Numbered from the stretch's first letter, positions 10,414-19,893 are shown. The stretch: 64,000 nucleotides of DNA from Candidatus Harrisonbacteria bacterium (GCA_016214655.1 JACROC010000007.1:14785-78784); one strand, 5' to 3'. Numbers and translations: made by a program. The notes: generated from the letters alone by a model not told the origin.

Positions 10414-11073
10414 TTACTCCTTACTCTTTGCCAAAATTTCCAGAATCCGCAAAAAGAGATTGATGATGTCGAGATACAAACTAATACATACATCAACCGC
10501 ATTATCAAGCGTGGCCGGGATCTCGCTCGCCCGGTGCATATCGTAACCGATATAAAGCGCAAAAATTCCTGCGGCAATATAGTGAATTACCGTGAACTTC
10601 GCGAGCGCTGGGATAAACAAAGAAAGAATGGACACGACCAGAAGCGCCGTAAGTGCTCCGAAAAGAGCGCCACCAATAGAACGATAAAAATTGGGAAACA
10701 TAAGTCCGGATAAAGCCATTACGCCCGTAACGGCCGCCGTAAGAGTTGCCGCTTCGGAAACGATTCCAGGATACATGACCTGATATTGCGCAAGTGCCGG
10801 TCCGAGTATCGCTCCGAATGGTATCACTACGAGATTATATCCGAGAAAAGAAACCAGTGCTGATCCGCTGGTACTAAGCAAAATACCGAGAAGAGGAAGG
10901 CCGAGACCAACTAAAAGGAACATAAGAATCCCTGGGCGCCAATTCGCTGTCAATTCGGAAACGATATAGGTAGCCACGAAACCCCAAGAGAGAACGCATC
11001 CCATGACAAAGTAGAATGCATTGCGCGACATAGTGTCAGAGCCAGAACGGTCAAATACATCTGCCTTAAGCAT
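10414..11073 (-). CDS. Bax inhibitor-1/YccA family membrane protein
   Basis: about 7 TM; YIGYD and C-terminal SLYLDIINLFLRIL signature. Confidence 0.9.
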   Translation of the reverse strand: MLKADVFDRSGSDTMSRNAFYFVMGCVLSWGFVATYIVSELTANWRPGILMFLLVGLGLPLLGILLSTSGSALVSFLGYNLVVIPFGAILGPALAQYQVMYPGIVSEAATLTAAVTGVMALSGLMFPNFYRSIGGALFGALTALLVVSILSLFIPALAKFTVIHYIAAGIFALYIGYDMHRASEIPATLDNAVDVCISLYLDIINLFLRILEILAKSKE

Positions 11074-11083
11074 CTCTCCACCC

Positions 11084-11143
11084 CCTTTTCAACGAGCGTT
11101 AACTGCTGATGGATATATTACAAAGAAAAATAAGTAAAGTCAA
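11084..11143 (-). promoter_or_regulatory. shared cassette promoter/boxA-like/SD leader
   Basis: TTGACT-N17-TAATAT..ATCAGCAGTTAACGCTCGTTGAAAAGG on minus strand. Confidence 0.7.
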
Positions 11144-11150
11144 ATCGCTA

Positions 11151-11208
11151 AATCAGCAACTGGATCAGATTACCTGCCCGGCCAAGGAACTGAATAGTGA
11201 AGTTATAA
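11151..11208 (+). repeat. att-like cassette repeat (family B, degenerate, with insert)
   Basis: GCAACTGGATCAGATTA[cctgcccggccaa]GGAACT. Confidence 0.6.
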
Positions 11209-11315
11209 AAGAAAAACCTAAACAAAGATGGGTAAAAAATAACTGGGAGTTGCGTTTTTAATTTTTTTTAATTATTATATATATCAGATCTCTTAAATAA
11301 CGTAAGGAGGAAGAA

Positions 11316-11933
11316 TTGAATTTCAAAAAAATTTTTATTCCTTCTGCCCTAGTTATGACCATAGGGCTCACCTCATCCTGTAATCAAGCAGATAAGTCGC
11401 CAGGTCAGTCCGACACACGGCCATCGATAGAAACCCCGACGACTCAGAAGCCAGTGCCACCCGCAACCAAACTTGAAGATCCGGCAAAGAATTCAAAGCA
11501 AGAAAAAACACCTAAGCCACAATCCCAGAATAAACCCGCCGAAAAACCTACTGCCAAAGAAACGCCCCCGCCTTCAGTTGTCGAAAAACCAGTCGATGCC
11601 CCCAAGCCGAAAGAAAATCCGCCGGTAATCGAGCCCGAACCCAAACCCCCGGTTGTAGAAACAACACCCGTCAATCCGCCAGAGGAAATTGTTTTCAAAG
11701 CAACACCAGGAGACGTAACCTTCTTTCACGCGAAACATGGAACGAGGGAAAAACAATGCGCTGTTTGTCACGATACAATATTTCCTAAAGACAAAACAAA
11801 ACCCTTAAATTTTAAGGGGAATGTGCATCAGACGGCGACTACGAATAAAACCTCGTGCGCAACCTGCCATATGCCGGAGGGCAAAGCTTTTGCGGTCAGG
11901 GGAAATTGTATGAAGTGCCATAAGAATAAATAA
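11316..11933 (+). CDS. lipoprotein with Pro-rich linker and triheme cytochrome c7/c3-like domain
   Basis: lipobox LTSSC; FFHAKH; three CxxCH motifs (CAVCH, CATCH, CMKCH). Confidence 0.8.
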   Translation: MNFKKIFIPSALVMTIGLTSSCNQADKSPGQSDTRPSIETPTTQKPVPPATKLEDPAKNSKQEKTPKPQSQNKPAEKPTAKETPPPSVVEKPVDAPKPKENPPVIEPEPKPPVVETTPVNPPEEIVFKATPGDVTFFHAKHGTREKQCAVCHDTIFPKDKTKPLNFKGNVHQTATTNKTSCATCHMPEGKAFAVRGNCMKCHKNK

Positions 11934-12069
11934 AAGATAAGCGGTGGATTAATATCACCGCTTTTTAATATACAAATTTCAGAAAGTTAGGTTGCCCCTC
12001 CCCCTTACTCACTATGTTTTTATAAAATAAAAAACTCCCAACTGCATTGAGAGCAAAAAATAAGAACTG

Positions 12070-12324
12070 TTAGCTTTTCTTAAACTTCTTTCTTTTAGCC
12101 AGGAAATTCACTTCTTCTTTATGTAAGAGAAAGAGCTCGGTGCCGCTCCTGTCTTCTTGAGCCCAGAACGCGACTTCTTCACCTTGGGGCCAGATACTTA
12201 TAAGACGATATGAACCAGCGACTTCGGGGTAATTGGCTTTGAAAACAGGGTCTTTCAGATCTTGTTTATTCAGCTTAAACGTTGGTGTAACTGGCTCATC
12301 TTTCCGAAAGCCGATTCTTTCCAT
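12070..12324 (-). CDS. hypothetical protein
   Basis: 84-aa ORF. Confidence 0.55.
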   Translation of the reverse strand: MERIGFRKDEPVTPTFKLNKQDLKDPVFKANYPEVAGSYRLISIWPQGEEVAFWAQEDRSGTELFLLHKEEVNFLAKRKKFKKS

Positions 12325-12337
12325 TACGTCGGCGAAT

Positions 12338-12598
12338 TCAGGAAGTTTCGCAATGTTCTCCTTCTGAGGCGGTTTTCTTTTGTTTTTTTATTACTGGCGC
12401 CACGAAGATCCGAGTTTTCTTTCGACGACTAGTTTTTTTACTATTCTCACGAATCACTCTTTTTTCCATTTCCTCAATCATTTTCCTGAGAGCGCTAAAA
12501 TCAATCGTTACCGATCCTTCGGCAATAATTACATTTTTATAAGGGCAATTAAGATAATGCCCATTTATTAATGCACAAGAACACAATCTCCTCTTCAT
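12338..12598 (-). CDS. hypothetical protein
   Basis: probable ATG at 12598 with SD AAGGAAG. Confidence 0.5.
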   Translation of the reverse strand: MKRRLCSCALINGHYLNCPYKNVIIAEGSVTIDFSALRKMIEEMEKRVIRENSKKTSRRKKTRIFVAPVIKKQKKTASEGEHCETS

Positions 12599-12661
12599 TG
12601 ATGCTTCCTTTTCTACTTGGAATGTACTACTAACTATATTACACGAAAAATCGAAAAAATA

Positions 12662-12689
12662 AACCCGGATCGGTAACTGGAGCAAATTA
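12662..12689 (+). repeat. att-like cassette repeat (family B, degenerate)
   Basis: CCGGATCGGTAACTGGAGCAAATTA. Confidence 0.5.
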
Positions 12690-12770
12690 TCTATTGACTC
12701 AAAATTGTTTTTCTCTTAATATGTAATATGTAGCTAGCAGCAAAAGCTGTTTGAAAAAGGAGGTGGAAAG

Positions 12771-12923
12771 ATGTTTCTATGCGGCAAATGCCACAAGAGT
12801 GAGGAAAAAAATGGCTGTCCCGGTCATTTTTTCGAATCAGAAGGCCCTTGTGAGTCGTGTGGAAAAATGAGTGTTTGTGTAGATTGTAAGTTTTACAAAA
12901 TAAAACGGCGGGCACAGCGATAA
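12771..12923 (+). CDS. 50-aa Cys-rich zinc-finger-like protein (below ORF-track cutoff)
   Basis: MFLCGKCHKSEEKNGCPGHFFESEGPCESCGKMSVCVDCKFYKIKRRAQR; SD AAGGAGGT, upstream TTGACT, downstream CCGCTC..GAGCGG-T-run terminator. Confidence 0.75.
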   Translation: MFLCGKCHKSEEKNGCPGHFFESEGPCESCGKMSVCVDCKFYKIKRRAQR

Positions 12924-12966
12924 TCTAATACTGCCGCTCCTTCAAGAGCGGATTTTTTATTAACAC

Positions 12967-13017
12967 AATCTGGGTGCCGTCGTGTGAGATGTTAGAACTA
13001 GATTGATTAGCTTATAA
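12967..13017 (+). repeat. att-like cassette repeat (family A)
   Basis: AATCTGGGTGCCGTCGTGTGAGATGTTAGAACTAGATTGATTAGCTTATAA. Confidence 0.85.
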
Positions 13018-13228
13018 AAGAAAAGTCGCCTGGAACAGGCGACTTATTAAATCAACTTAGTTTGTTAAGAGCCGAGAAGCTGAAAATTAAGAGATGAATA
13101 TATTATTTCAAAATTTATGTTCTGTCAAAATTTAGCCCCGCACTAGAAAAATTTACGAATTTGCTAAAAGCAAACATCTCAGCTAATATATAAACAGCTT
13201 TTTACCAAAAGATTCTGGCAAAAGAGAA

Positions 13229-13549
13229 ATGGAAATACTGATCTTGCTCCTTGGGCCGGCTATTGCCGCGGGATTCATTGAGGGAAATTTAAAAGGTTTT
13301 AAATTCGGTGCAATAACCGCAATTACTACCCTAATTATTAGTTTTATATCGGCAATGAATTCTTTTGGATTAGATGGTATGCGTGGCAAAGCACAAGCAA
13401 TGAAAGATATGGTCTTGGGTTGGATTTTCATTTTTTCTATCTACGGAGCAATTATGTTTTTAATTTTCGGTTTTCCGGGGTTACATCCGGTTTTAGTTTC
13501 TTTTATTGCCCTGATTGCTACTGTCGCTGTCGCTCTGATTATTTTATAA
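13229..13549 (+). CDS. small multi-pass membrane protein
   Basis: 106 aa, about 4 hydrophobic segments. Confidence 0.65.
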   Translation: MEILILLLGPAIAAGFIEGNLKGFKFGAITAITTLIISFISAMNSFGLDGMRGKAQAMKDMVLGWIFIFSIYGAIMFLIFGFPGLHPVLVSFIALIATVAVALIIL

Positions 13550-13809
13550 ATCTATTGATATAAATATCCCGTTCTATACACTCCGCTCATCCAAGGGCGG
13601 GTTTTTAATTAAATGATTTCCCCCTTAGTTACTGGATCAATCTGAAGCAATCTCACTTCTTTAAACTTATTTAAATCTTCCCGACAAGGCAACCAGCCCC
13701 TAACAATAAAATCATCTTCATAAATCGGCTTCCATATAGCAAAATATTTAAAATTGTTAATCGTTAATAAAAAAAGACTGCCCCAGCTTTCGCTTGGGCA
13801 GTAATAATA

Positions 13810-14286
13810 TTACTTTTGATATTTACTTATATCCGCTCCCAGATTCATTGGACCAAACGCGAGAGGCAGCAACTCCTCCATTGCAGCAACGATGATCTTA
13901 TCCTTTTTAGTGGTAGACATAACCATTTCCAAATCATATTCGGATAGCTGAGCCACTTCATAAAGCATTTGCCTGCAGCTTCCACACGGACCCGTCACTT
14001 CAGTAGTATTGAAATTCTCACCGCGACCAATAATTGCGACTCCTCTGAAAATCCTGATGCCCATTGCATTCGCGCGCAAGATAGCAGCCCGCTCTGCGCA
14101 AATAGTTGAACCATAAGCTGAGTTTTCAACATTAGCTCCGCCAATCAATCGGCCATCGACTGAAATAAGACAAGCTCCAACATAAAAATGAGAATAAGGA
14201 TTATAAGCGTTTTCCATGACTCGCGCTGCTTCATCTAAAGCCTGACGCTGTAAATCAGTCAAATCCACATATTTTACCTCTTTCAT
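13810..14286 (-). CDS. cdd: cytidine deaminase
   Basis: AYNPYSHFYVGA, NVEN, CAE, PCGSCRQ, ELLPLAF; SD before ATG at 14286. Confidence 0.92.
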   Translation of the reverse strand: MKEVKYVDLTDLQRQALDEAARVMENAYNPYSHFYVGACLISVDGRLIGGANVENSAYGSTICAERAAILRANAMGIRIFRGVAIIGRGENFNTTEVTGPCGSCRQMLYEVAQLSEYDLEMVMSTTKKDKIIVAAMEELLPLAFGPMNLGADISKYQK

Positions 14287-14346
14287 GTCGCTCTCCTTTT
14301 GAAAAACTAGAAATAAACTATCAAAAATTTTTAATAAAGTCAATTT

Positions 14347-14391
14347 ATCTAGGTGCCGTTATAAAGGATGTTTAGAACTAATTTGATTTAA
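14347..14391 (+). repeat. att-like cassette repeat (family A)
   Basis: ATCTAGGTGCCGTTATAAAGGATGTTTAGAACTAATTTGATTTAA. Confidence 0.75.
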
Positions 14392-14420
14392 AAAAAAGCA
14401 GCATTTCTGCTGCATCAAAT

Positions 14421-14648
14421 TTAATCTCCGGTAACTGATAAATAATCTTCGGGCGTTTTTTCCCATTTTGGTAAGAAAATCCAGAGTATTATATAAAGCA
14501 CTGCCATTTCCGATCCAGTAACCATATAAGTAATAAACCAGACCAATCTCACTATCCAGGTGGGGAAACCCATCCAATAGGCAACTCCGGCACAAACTCC
14601 GCTAAACCAAGAATATCTGGAATCAGTCACCTTTCTTAATTTACGCAT
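14421..14648 (-). CDS. PspC domain protein
   Basis: GVCAGVAYWMG..WIVRL..YIILWIFLP. Confidence 0.85.
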   Translation of the reverse strand: MRKLRKVTDSRYSWFSGVCAGVAYWMGFPTWIVRLVWFITYMVTGSEMAVLYIILWIFLPKWEKTPEDYLSVTGD

Positions 14649-14656
14649 TCTACCGT

Positions 14657-14718
14657 CTCCTTTTCAACGAACGTTAACTACTGATGAATATCTTATTTCA
14701 AAATTCATATTTTGTCAA
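14657..14718 (-). promoter_or_regulatory. shared cassette promoter/boxA-like/SD leader
   Basis: TTGACA-N17-TAAGAT..ATCAGTAGTTAACGTTCGTTGAAAAGGAG on minus strand. Confidence 0.75.
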
Positions 14719-14721
14719 ATA

Positions 14722-14808
14722 AATCTGGGTGCCGCCACGTGAGATGTTTAGAACTAGATTAAGTGCAATTTGAATTATCCCACCCCACGATTCGCCATAT
14801 TTCTTGAC
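14722..14808 (+). repeat. att-like cassette repeat (family A, long-tail subtype)
   Basis: AATCTGGGTGCCGCCACGTGAGATGTTTAGAACTAGATT..CCCCACCCCACGA..TTTCTTGA. Confidence 0.8.
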
Positions 14809-14871
14809 CATTTCGTTCTATTTAGTTAGTATCTACTTAGCAAGTATCTACTTTAAAAACTAAACAAGCTG

Positions 14872-15618
14872 ATGCGCAAGATTAGCAGCATAATTGTTTT
14901 ATCTTTCTGCATGTTAAATATTCCTAAGGATGTTAATGCCGAGAATCCGTCTTTTACTTTATATACGGGGGCGTATTCCAACTATCTGTTAGATAACGGG
15001 ATGGTTTTTCATAACGACCCGGTTTTACAAAGCGAATTAATGATTAACCTACCCAAAGGATTTTATCTGGATATGTGGCATTCAATAGGAATGGACGGCA
15101 GCGGACCTTCTTCCGGCTTGGACGATGAACTTGATTACACCGCCGGTTGGAAAGGAGACATTAAAGGATTAACGCTAAATATCGGAATATTGTACATGGA
15201 TATTGTAGATATCTTGAATGTTCCGAGGGGGGATGTGGTGTTGCCTTATGCCGAGGCAGGCAAAGTTTTGTCTTTAACCGAAACACAGATTTTAAATCCC
15301 TTTGCCAAAGTTCAACCGGCAATATCAGCCAAAGGAGATTATCCCAAAGGCGGACTCTATTGGGGAACCGGTTTACGACATCTGTACCAAATAAACCCAA
15401 AGATGGGCTTAGGCGAAGAGTTAATGTTTATACACGACAGCGGGGCATTCGGGTTTGATAATGGCTGGCTTTTCAAATACGCCGTTAATGTGAATAGAAA
15501 ATTGTTTGGTCCTTTTTCGCTAGATTTTCCAATGCTCAAATTTACTGCGCCATTAAGTGGAATGAATGACCGGAAAAAAGAAACCAGTGTCGGAGTAAGA
15601 TTGGGAATGAATTTTTAA
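14872..15618 (+). CDS. exported protein resembling an outer-membrane beta-barrel (TorF/Gcw_chp-like)
   Basis: signal peptide, SNYL.NG..PVLQ, ELDYTAGW, alternating strands, C-terminal Phe. Confidence 0.6.
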   Translation: MRKISSIIVLSFCMLNIPKDVNAENPSFTLYTGAYSNYLLDNGMVFHNDPVLQSELMINLPKGFYLDMWHSIGMDGSGPSSGLDDELDYTAGWKGDIKGLTLNIGILYMDIVDILNVPRGDVVLPYAEAGKVLSLTETQILNPFAKVQPAISAKGDYPKGGLYWGTGLRHLYQINPKMGLGEELMFIHDSGAFGFDNGWLFKYAVNVNRKLFGPFSLDFPMLKFTAPLSGMNDRKKETSVGVRLGMNF

Positions 15619-15647
15619 AAACAAAAACCGCTTTAAAAGCGGATTTT

Positions 15648-16796
15648 TTATTTTTTAGCTAAGTATGCCTGTGCCAAAACACCAATACTAACAGCTAATA
15701 CATAAACAGATTGTACTCCTAGAACGGGATACAATAAAGGAATAGTTCCAGACGCTAAGGCATATCCCGCCTGCATCAATGCAATCAATATACCATTAGC
15801 TAATGCCAGTCTAGATGTAGGAACAGATTGTAGAATCATTAATTCAATTGTGGACATAGAGATACCCAGAGTTGCTCCGATTAAAAGATATACAACAAAT
15901 GCGGTTGGATTTACCCAATTAGTAAGCAAGCTGATAGCCGACATTAAAACTGCGAGAACAATACCACTTCCCCAGGCGGCAGACTTAATATCTCTAAATA
16001 ATTTACTTCCTAACCCCAATGCATTAGTAACTAAAATTCCTATAGCAATAACAGTAAGAATTAATCCATTAAATAATGGGCTTTTATTTAAAGTTTCTTG
16101 GACATGAAGTGTTATAAGAAGATTCAATCCCTGGGTCCCGTATGCAACAATAAATTCCAGTATTGATCCCCAAGCTATCAGTTTCAGTAAAGAAGTTTGA
16201 TTTTCAGTCGTTGATTCATCTATTTCCCGAGGAATAGGAACGAGATTGTTTAACTTCAAATAAGCAGCGAAGCTTCCTACCGATAACACAAAACCTATCA
16301 GGAAAAAATACCTCCATAATTCAGCGGAGGAAAAGGCTCCCCCCACTAACGGTCCAATAATAACACCGAGACCCAATCCAGCTACAGCCATTTCTACGGT
16401 CCTTCTAGGCTCTTCCCAGTATTTGAGTATTACAGCAAACTCGGTAGCAAACATACCGCCTGCACTTATTCCTTTCATAATCCTGAATAAAATTAATGAA
16501 TTAGCGGTAGGCGCAACTGAACATAACAGAGAAGAAATTCCAAAGCCTAGAGTGCTCCATAGAAGAATTTTTTCTGGTTTGCCAAGTTTATCTGCAAAAT
16601 AACCCGTCGGAACTAATGAAAGAGAAAACGGAATTAAATAAGCCATCAAAAGCCAGCCAGCAGCTTGTCCCGATACGTTGAAATAACTTTGTAATGTTGG
16701 AACCATTACTGTTACGCCAGTTGTATCAATTGCAGCCAGCAATTCCATTACTATCAAACCAGCCAGAACAATGTTCCTATGCCTTTCGGTGTTCAT
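15648..16796 (-). CDS. MFS transporter
   Basis: about 12 TM, GYFADKLG motif A, GPLVGG. Confidence 0.88.
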   Translation of the reverse strand: MNTERHRNIVLAGLIVMELLAAIDTTGVTVMVPTLQSYFNVSGQAAGWLLMAYLIPFSLSLVPTGYFADKLGKPEKILLWSTLGFGISSLLCSVAPTANSLILFRIMKGISAGGMFATEFAVILKYWEEPRRTVEMAVAGLGLGVIIGPLVGGAFSSAELWRYFFLIGFVLSVGSFAAYLKLNNLVPIPREIDESTTENQTSLLKLIAWGSILEFIVAYGTQGLNLLITLHVQETLNKSPLFNGLILTVIAIGILVTNALGLGSKLFRDIKSAAWGSGIVLAVLMSAISLLTNWVNPTAFVVYLLIGATLGISMSTIELMILQSVPTSRLALANGILIALMQAGYALASGTIPLLYPVLGVQSVYVLAVSIGVLAQAYLAKK

Positions 16797-16900
16797 AACC
16801 TTGTATTAAGTTTTTAATAAAGACTAGTAAGAATAGTAAGTGATTAAATTTGTATAGTCAAACAAAAACCATAACTTATATCACGGATTTTTTATTAAAT

Positions 16901-16951
16901 AATCTGGGTCGGCAACTGGAACAGATTAGAGCCTGTCTGATATTTATTTGA
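16901..16951 (+). repeat. att-like cassette repeat (family B)
   Basis: AATCTGGGTCGGCAACTGGAACAGATTAGAGCCTGTCTG. Confidence 0.8.
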
Positions 16952-17005
16952 AAAGAAAAACCGCCTTTATTTGGCGGTAGATTAAAAGTTTCTTTGGATT
17001 GAATA

Positions 17006-18538
17006 TTATCCAAAAAATGTCTGCAATTTTTGCTGTAAATAATTCGTGAAATAAGTCGGGTTAAGTTCTTCGCCCGTAACTTGCTTTATGAGATCTGCGG
17101 ATGAATACGTGTTGCCAAATTCATGGATATTTCTCCTTAACCATTCTTGTAAAAATTGTAAGTTGCCGGACTCGATTCTTTCATTCAGGTCAGGAAATTC
17201 TTTATTAATCGTATGCATTAATTGAGCGGCAAAGATATTTCCCAAAGCATATGTTGGGAAATAGCCAATAAGCCCATTTGACCAATGTACGTCTTGAAGG
17301 CATCCCCCGGCATCGGTGCGTGGCTTCACGCCAAGGTATTTCTCCATCTTCTCATTCCAGGCAATCGGAACATCTTCAGCTTTCAACTCGCCCGCCAAGA
17401 GCATCTTTTCAATTTCAAAACGGACAATAATGTGCAAGTTATAAGTAACTTCGTCAGCACTCACTCGTATTGTTCCGGGATTTATCCTATTGATCGCTCG
17501 CAAAAATGTGGCAAGCGGCGGCAACGAACAACCGCTGCTTAGAACTCTCGCACTAAGTTTCGGATACCAAAACTTCCAAAATGACGTACTTCTAGCGACA
17601 TTATTTTCCCAAAGACGGGACTGAGATTCATGAATGCCTATCGATTTTATCCTTCCGAGTGTAGTAGCGGCCAATCGGAGATCAACACCCTGTTCATACA
17701 ATCCATGCCCGCCCTCATGAAATATTGAGAAAAGGCTTTCCGTAAAATTAGGTTCAGTGTACCGAGTGGTGATTCGTATATCGGTTGGATGAAGACCAAT
17801 GGTAAACGGATGGGTGGAAATATCAAGTCTGCCCATTGCAAAATTAAAACCCATCGCCGTCAGTACTTCACGTCCAAATTGATCAAGAAGGCGAGAGTCA
17901 ATTTTTTGATTCAAAAATGAATAATCTTCTGACGTGTCTGAAGAACGTGAAACGATACCAATTAATTCATCGCGCAATTTTGCAAAAATAGGTTCGGCGG
18001 CACGAACAGTGAAGCCTGGTTCAAATTGGTTCAGAAGCGGGTCGTATGGAGAATCTTGATACCCCAAACATTCTGCCTCTCTTATTTTAAGAGCGACAAT
18101 CTTTTTAAGGTCATCTTTAAATAAACCGAAATCAGATTTCCTTCTTGCCTCAATCCAATTACGGGTACCGCTAGAAGTAGCTCTCGATAGTTCTTCGATT
18201 AAACTCAGGGGTATTTTTGTTTTGGAATCGTACTCTTCGTGCATTACTCTTATTAATGCTCGGTCATAAGGAGTAAATTCCTGGCCGCTTCGGATTTCAT
18301 CTTCAAGTTTTCCTAAAAGTTCAGCAATTTTGGGATTAATTCTTTTGCTGTGGAGCACAACCTTTAATTCTGTTAACTGAGCAGTCCTGGCTTCTGCTGA
18401 ACCGCTGGGCATATTTACTTCCTGGTCCCATTCCAACATTCCCGCAACAGAATCGATATGATAAATAGATTCGTCTAACCTTAATAATTCTGCGATGCTC
18501 TTATTTTCAACAGAAAAAAGCTTTATCTGCTGTCTCAT
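17006..18538 (-). CDS. carboxypeptidase M32 (Taq family)
   Basis: HPF, DIRITTRY, HEGGH, HESQS, GCLQDVHW, GYFPTYALG. Confidence 0.95.
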   Translation of the reverse strand: MRQQIKLFSVENKSIAELLRLDESIYHIDSVAGMLEWDQEVNMPSGSAEARTAQLTELKVVLHSKRINPKIAELLGKLEDEIRSGQEFTPYDRALIRVMHEEYDSKTKIPLSLIEELSRATSSGTRNWIEARRKSDFGLFKDDLKKIVALKIREAECLGYQDSPYDPLLNQFEPGFTVRAAEPIFAKLRDELIGIVSRSSDTSEDYSFLNQKIDSRLLDQFGREVLTAMGFNFAMGRLDISTHPFTIGLHPTDIRITTRYTEPNFTESLFSIFHEGGHGLYEQGVDLRLAATTLGRIKSIGIHESQSRLWENNVARSTSFWKFWYPKLSARVLSSGCSLPPLATFLRAINRINPGTIRVSADEVTYNLHIIVRFEIEKMLLAGELKAEDVPIAWNEKMEKYLGVKPRTDAGGCLQDVHWSNGLIGYFPTYALGNIFAAQLMHTINKEFPDLNERIESGNLQFLQEWLRRNIHEFGNTYSSADLIKQVTGEELNPTYFTNYLQQKLQTFFG

Positions 18539-18544
18539 TTATTT

Positions 18545-18598
18545 CCTTTTCAACGAACGTTAACTGCTGATAAATATCTTATAAGAAAATTAAAATAA
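18545..18598 (-). promoter_or_regulatory. shared cassette boxA-like/SD leader
   Basis: TAAGAT..ATCAGCAGTTAACGTTCGTTGAAAAGG on minus strand. Confidence 0.65.
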
Positions 18599-18656
18599 AA
18601 TCCAGGGTGCCATCGTAGAGGATGTTAGAACTAATCTGGTTATCAAGTTTGTTTAA
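18599..18656 (+). repeat. att-like cassette repeat (family A)
   Basis: CAGGGTGCCATCGTAGAGGATGTTAGAACTAATCTGG. Confidence 0.85.
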
Positions 18657-18670
18657 TAAAATTTAAACTC

Positions 18671-19315
18671 TTACTGCTTTAATTCTCTCTTTAATTCTTC
18701 TATAAAAATTTTCAAAAAGTTTGTCCGTTTTTCTGCTATTTCTCTTGCGGTTTTTGTATACATCTTATCTTTTGCGACAAGTAATCTATCATAAAATAAA
18801 TCCAGTGCATATTTAAAGGGCTCGGGCTTTCTGTTATCACAAAAGGGATCGTCCGAATTATAAAATGGCCGATTCATTTGGCCACAAGATGCGTATGTTC
18901 TCATGATTGAAATAATTCCGGTCGCTTCCAATTTATCTGCATCTCGTAAAATTCTTGTTTCCGTATCATTTGGCGCTGACTCTTTATGAAACGAACACTC
19001 TCTTATTGCATTTTCTACGGCGCTGATCTTGTGAGGGGGGTAATCAATCTCCATTTTTAATATTTCCCCAGCCATTAATGCGCTCTCGTGTGGCGCATTT
19101 TTACTTTTCGGATCATTTTTAGGATATATTACAACATCGTGAAATAATGCAGCGGGAATTAATATATCTAAATCACCCCCTTCTACTTTAGAAATTAGTT
19201 CAACATTTGAAAGAACTCTTCTGGCGTGTTCAAAGTCGTGAGACGAATCATTGCCTTCTATCTTTTCACGTGCAATATTTATTAATTTTTGTTTAAACTC
19301 TAATTTCATAACCAT
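18671..19315 (-). CDS. HD-domain phosphohydrolase (YedJ-like)
   Basis: SHDFEHARRV, LFHD, DADKLEATG. Confidence 0.88.
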   Translation of the reverse strand: MVMKLEFKQKLINIAREKIEGNDSSHDFEHARRVLSNVELISKVEGGDLDILIPAALFHDVVIYPKNDPKSKNAPHESALMAGEILKMEIDYPPHKISAVENAIRECSFHKESAPNDTETRILRDADKLEATGIISIMRTYASCGQMNRPFYNSDDPFCDNRKPEPFKYALDLFYDRLLVAKDKMYTKTAREIAEKRTNFLKIFIEELKRELKQ

Positions 19316-19419
19316 AACTATAACACAATCTAAAATCTTTTTAAGAACTGTCTACAGATAGATTTAGAACCTGTTTGGTGATTAGTTAAATAAAAAAACA
19401 GGGTAATTTTACCCCGTCC

Positions 19420-19758
19420 TTACTTTTCTTTCTTTGCTGCTTCAAGGGCATTTTTACATGCTTCTTCACGAGTTTTTCCGCTGCCGGGAAGCCCCAAGCC
19501 AAGATTAACGACATCACCAAGTTTAAGAGAATTATATACATCGTGCAATGTTTTCATTCTTTTACCTCCAATTACTGATTTTTCTTTCTTGGCGTATTTT
19601 AACAATTGTTTGAGTTTTTTGATTGGTATAGCAGTCGCCATATAAGCTCCGGGCTGACCAACTAATTCCTTTATCCAAAATCCCCCATCAGCTGCTTGCT
19701 GGTAAATAACTGTCAATTCGTCAATAGCTAAACCTTTTTTAATTTTCCTTGTAGACAC
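19420..19758 (-). CDS. hypothetical protein
   Basis: 112-aa ORF followed by a hairpin terminator. Confidence 0.55.
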   Translation of the reverse strand: MSTRKIKKGLAIDELTVIYQQAADGGFWIKELVGQPGAYMATAIPIKKLKQLLKYAKKEKSVIGGKRMKTLHDVYNSLKLGDVVNLGLGLPGSGKTREEACKNALEAAKKEK

Positions 19759-19821
19759 TAATTACCCAAATCAAAAAATATAAAACTAAATAAAGACTAA
19801 TAAAATACAAAATTAAAGTCA

Positions 19822-19860
19822 AATCTGGGTCGTCTAGTGAATAATGCTAGAACTGTGTTG
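19822..19860 (+). repeat. att-like cassette repeat (family C)
   Basis: AATCTGGGTCGTCTAGTGAATAATGCTAGAACT. Confidence 0.75.
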
Positions 19861-19893
19861 GGAGGAACGATGCGACGATTTATATTCCAAAAC

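Noticed and set aside
12780-12794. CxxCH in the 50-aa ORF read as a heme-binding site
   Set aside because: There is no export signal and the additional CxxC pairs favour zinc binding.
13609-13740. Short minus-strand open frame (WKPIYEDDF..KGEII*)
   Set aside because: It has no clear start codon or SD; at most a decayed cargo remnant, too weak to call.
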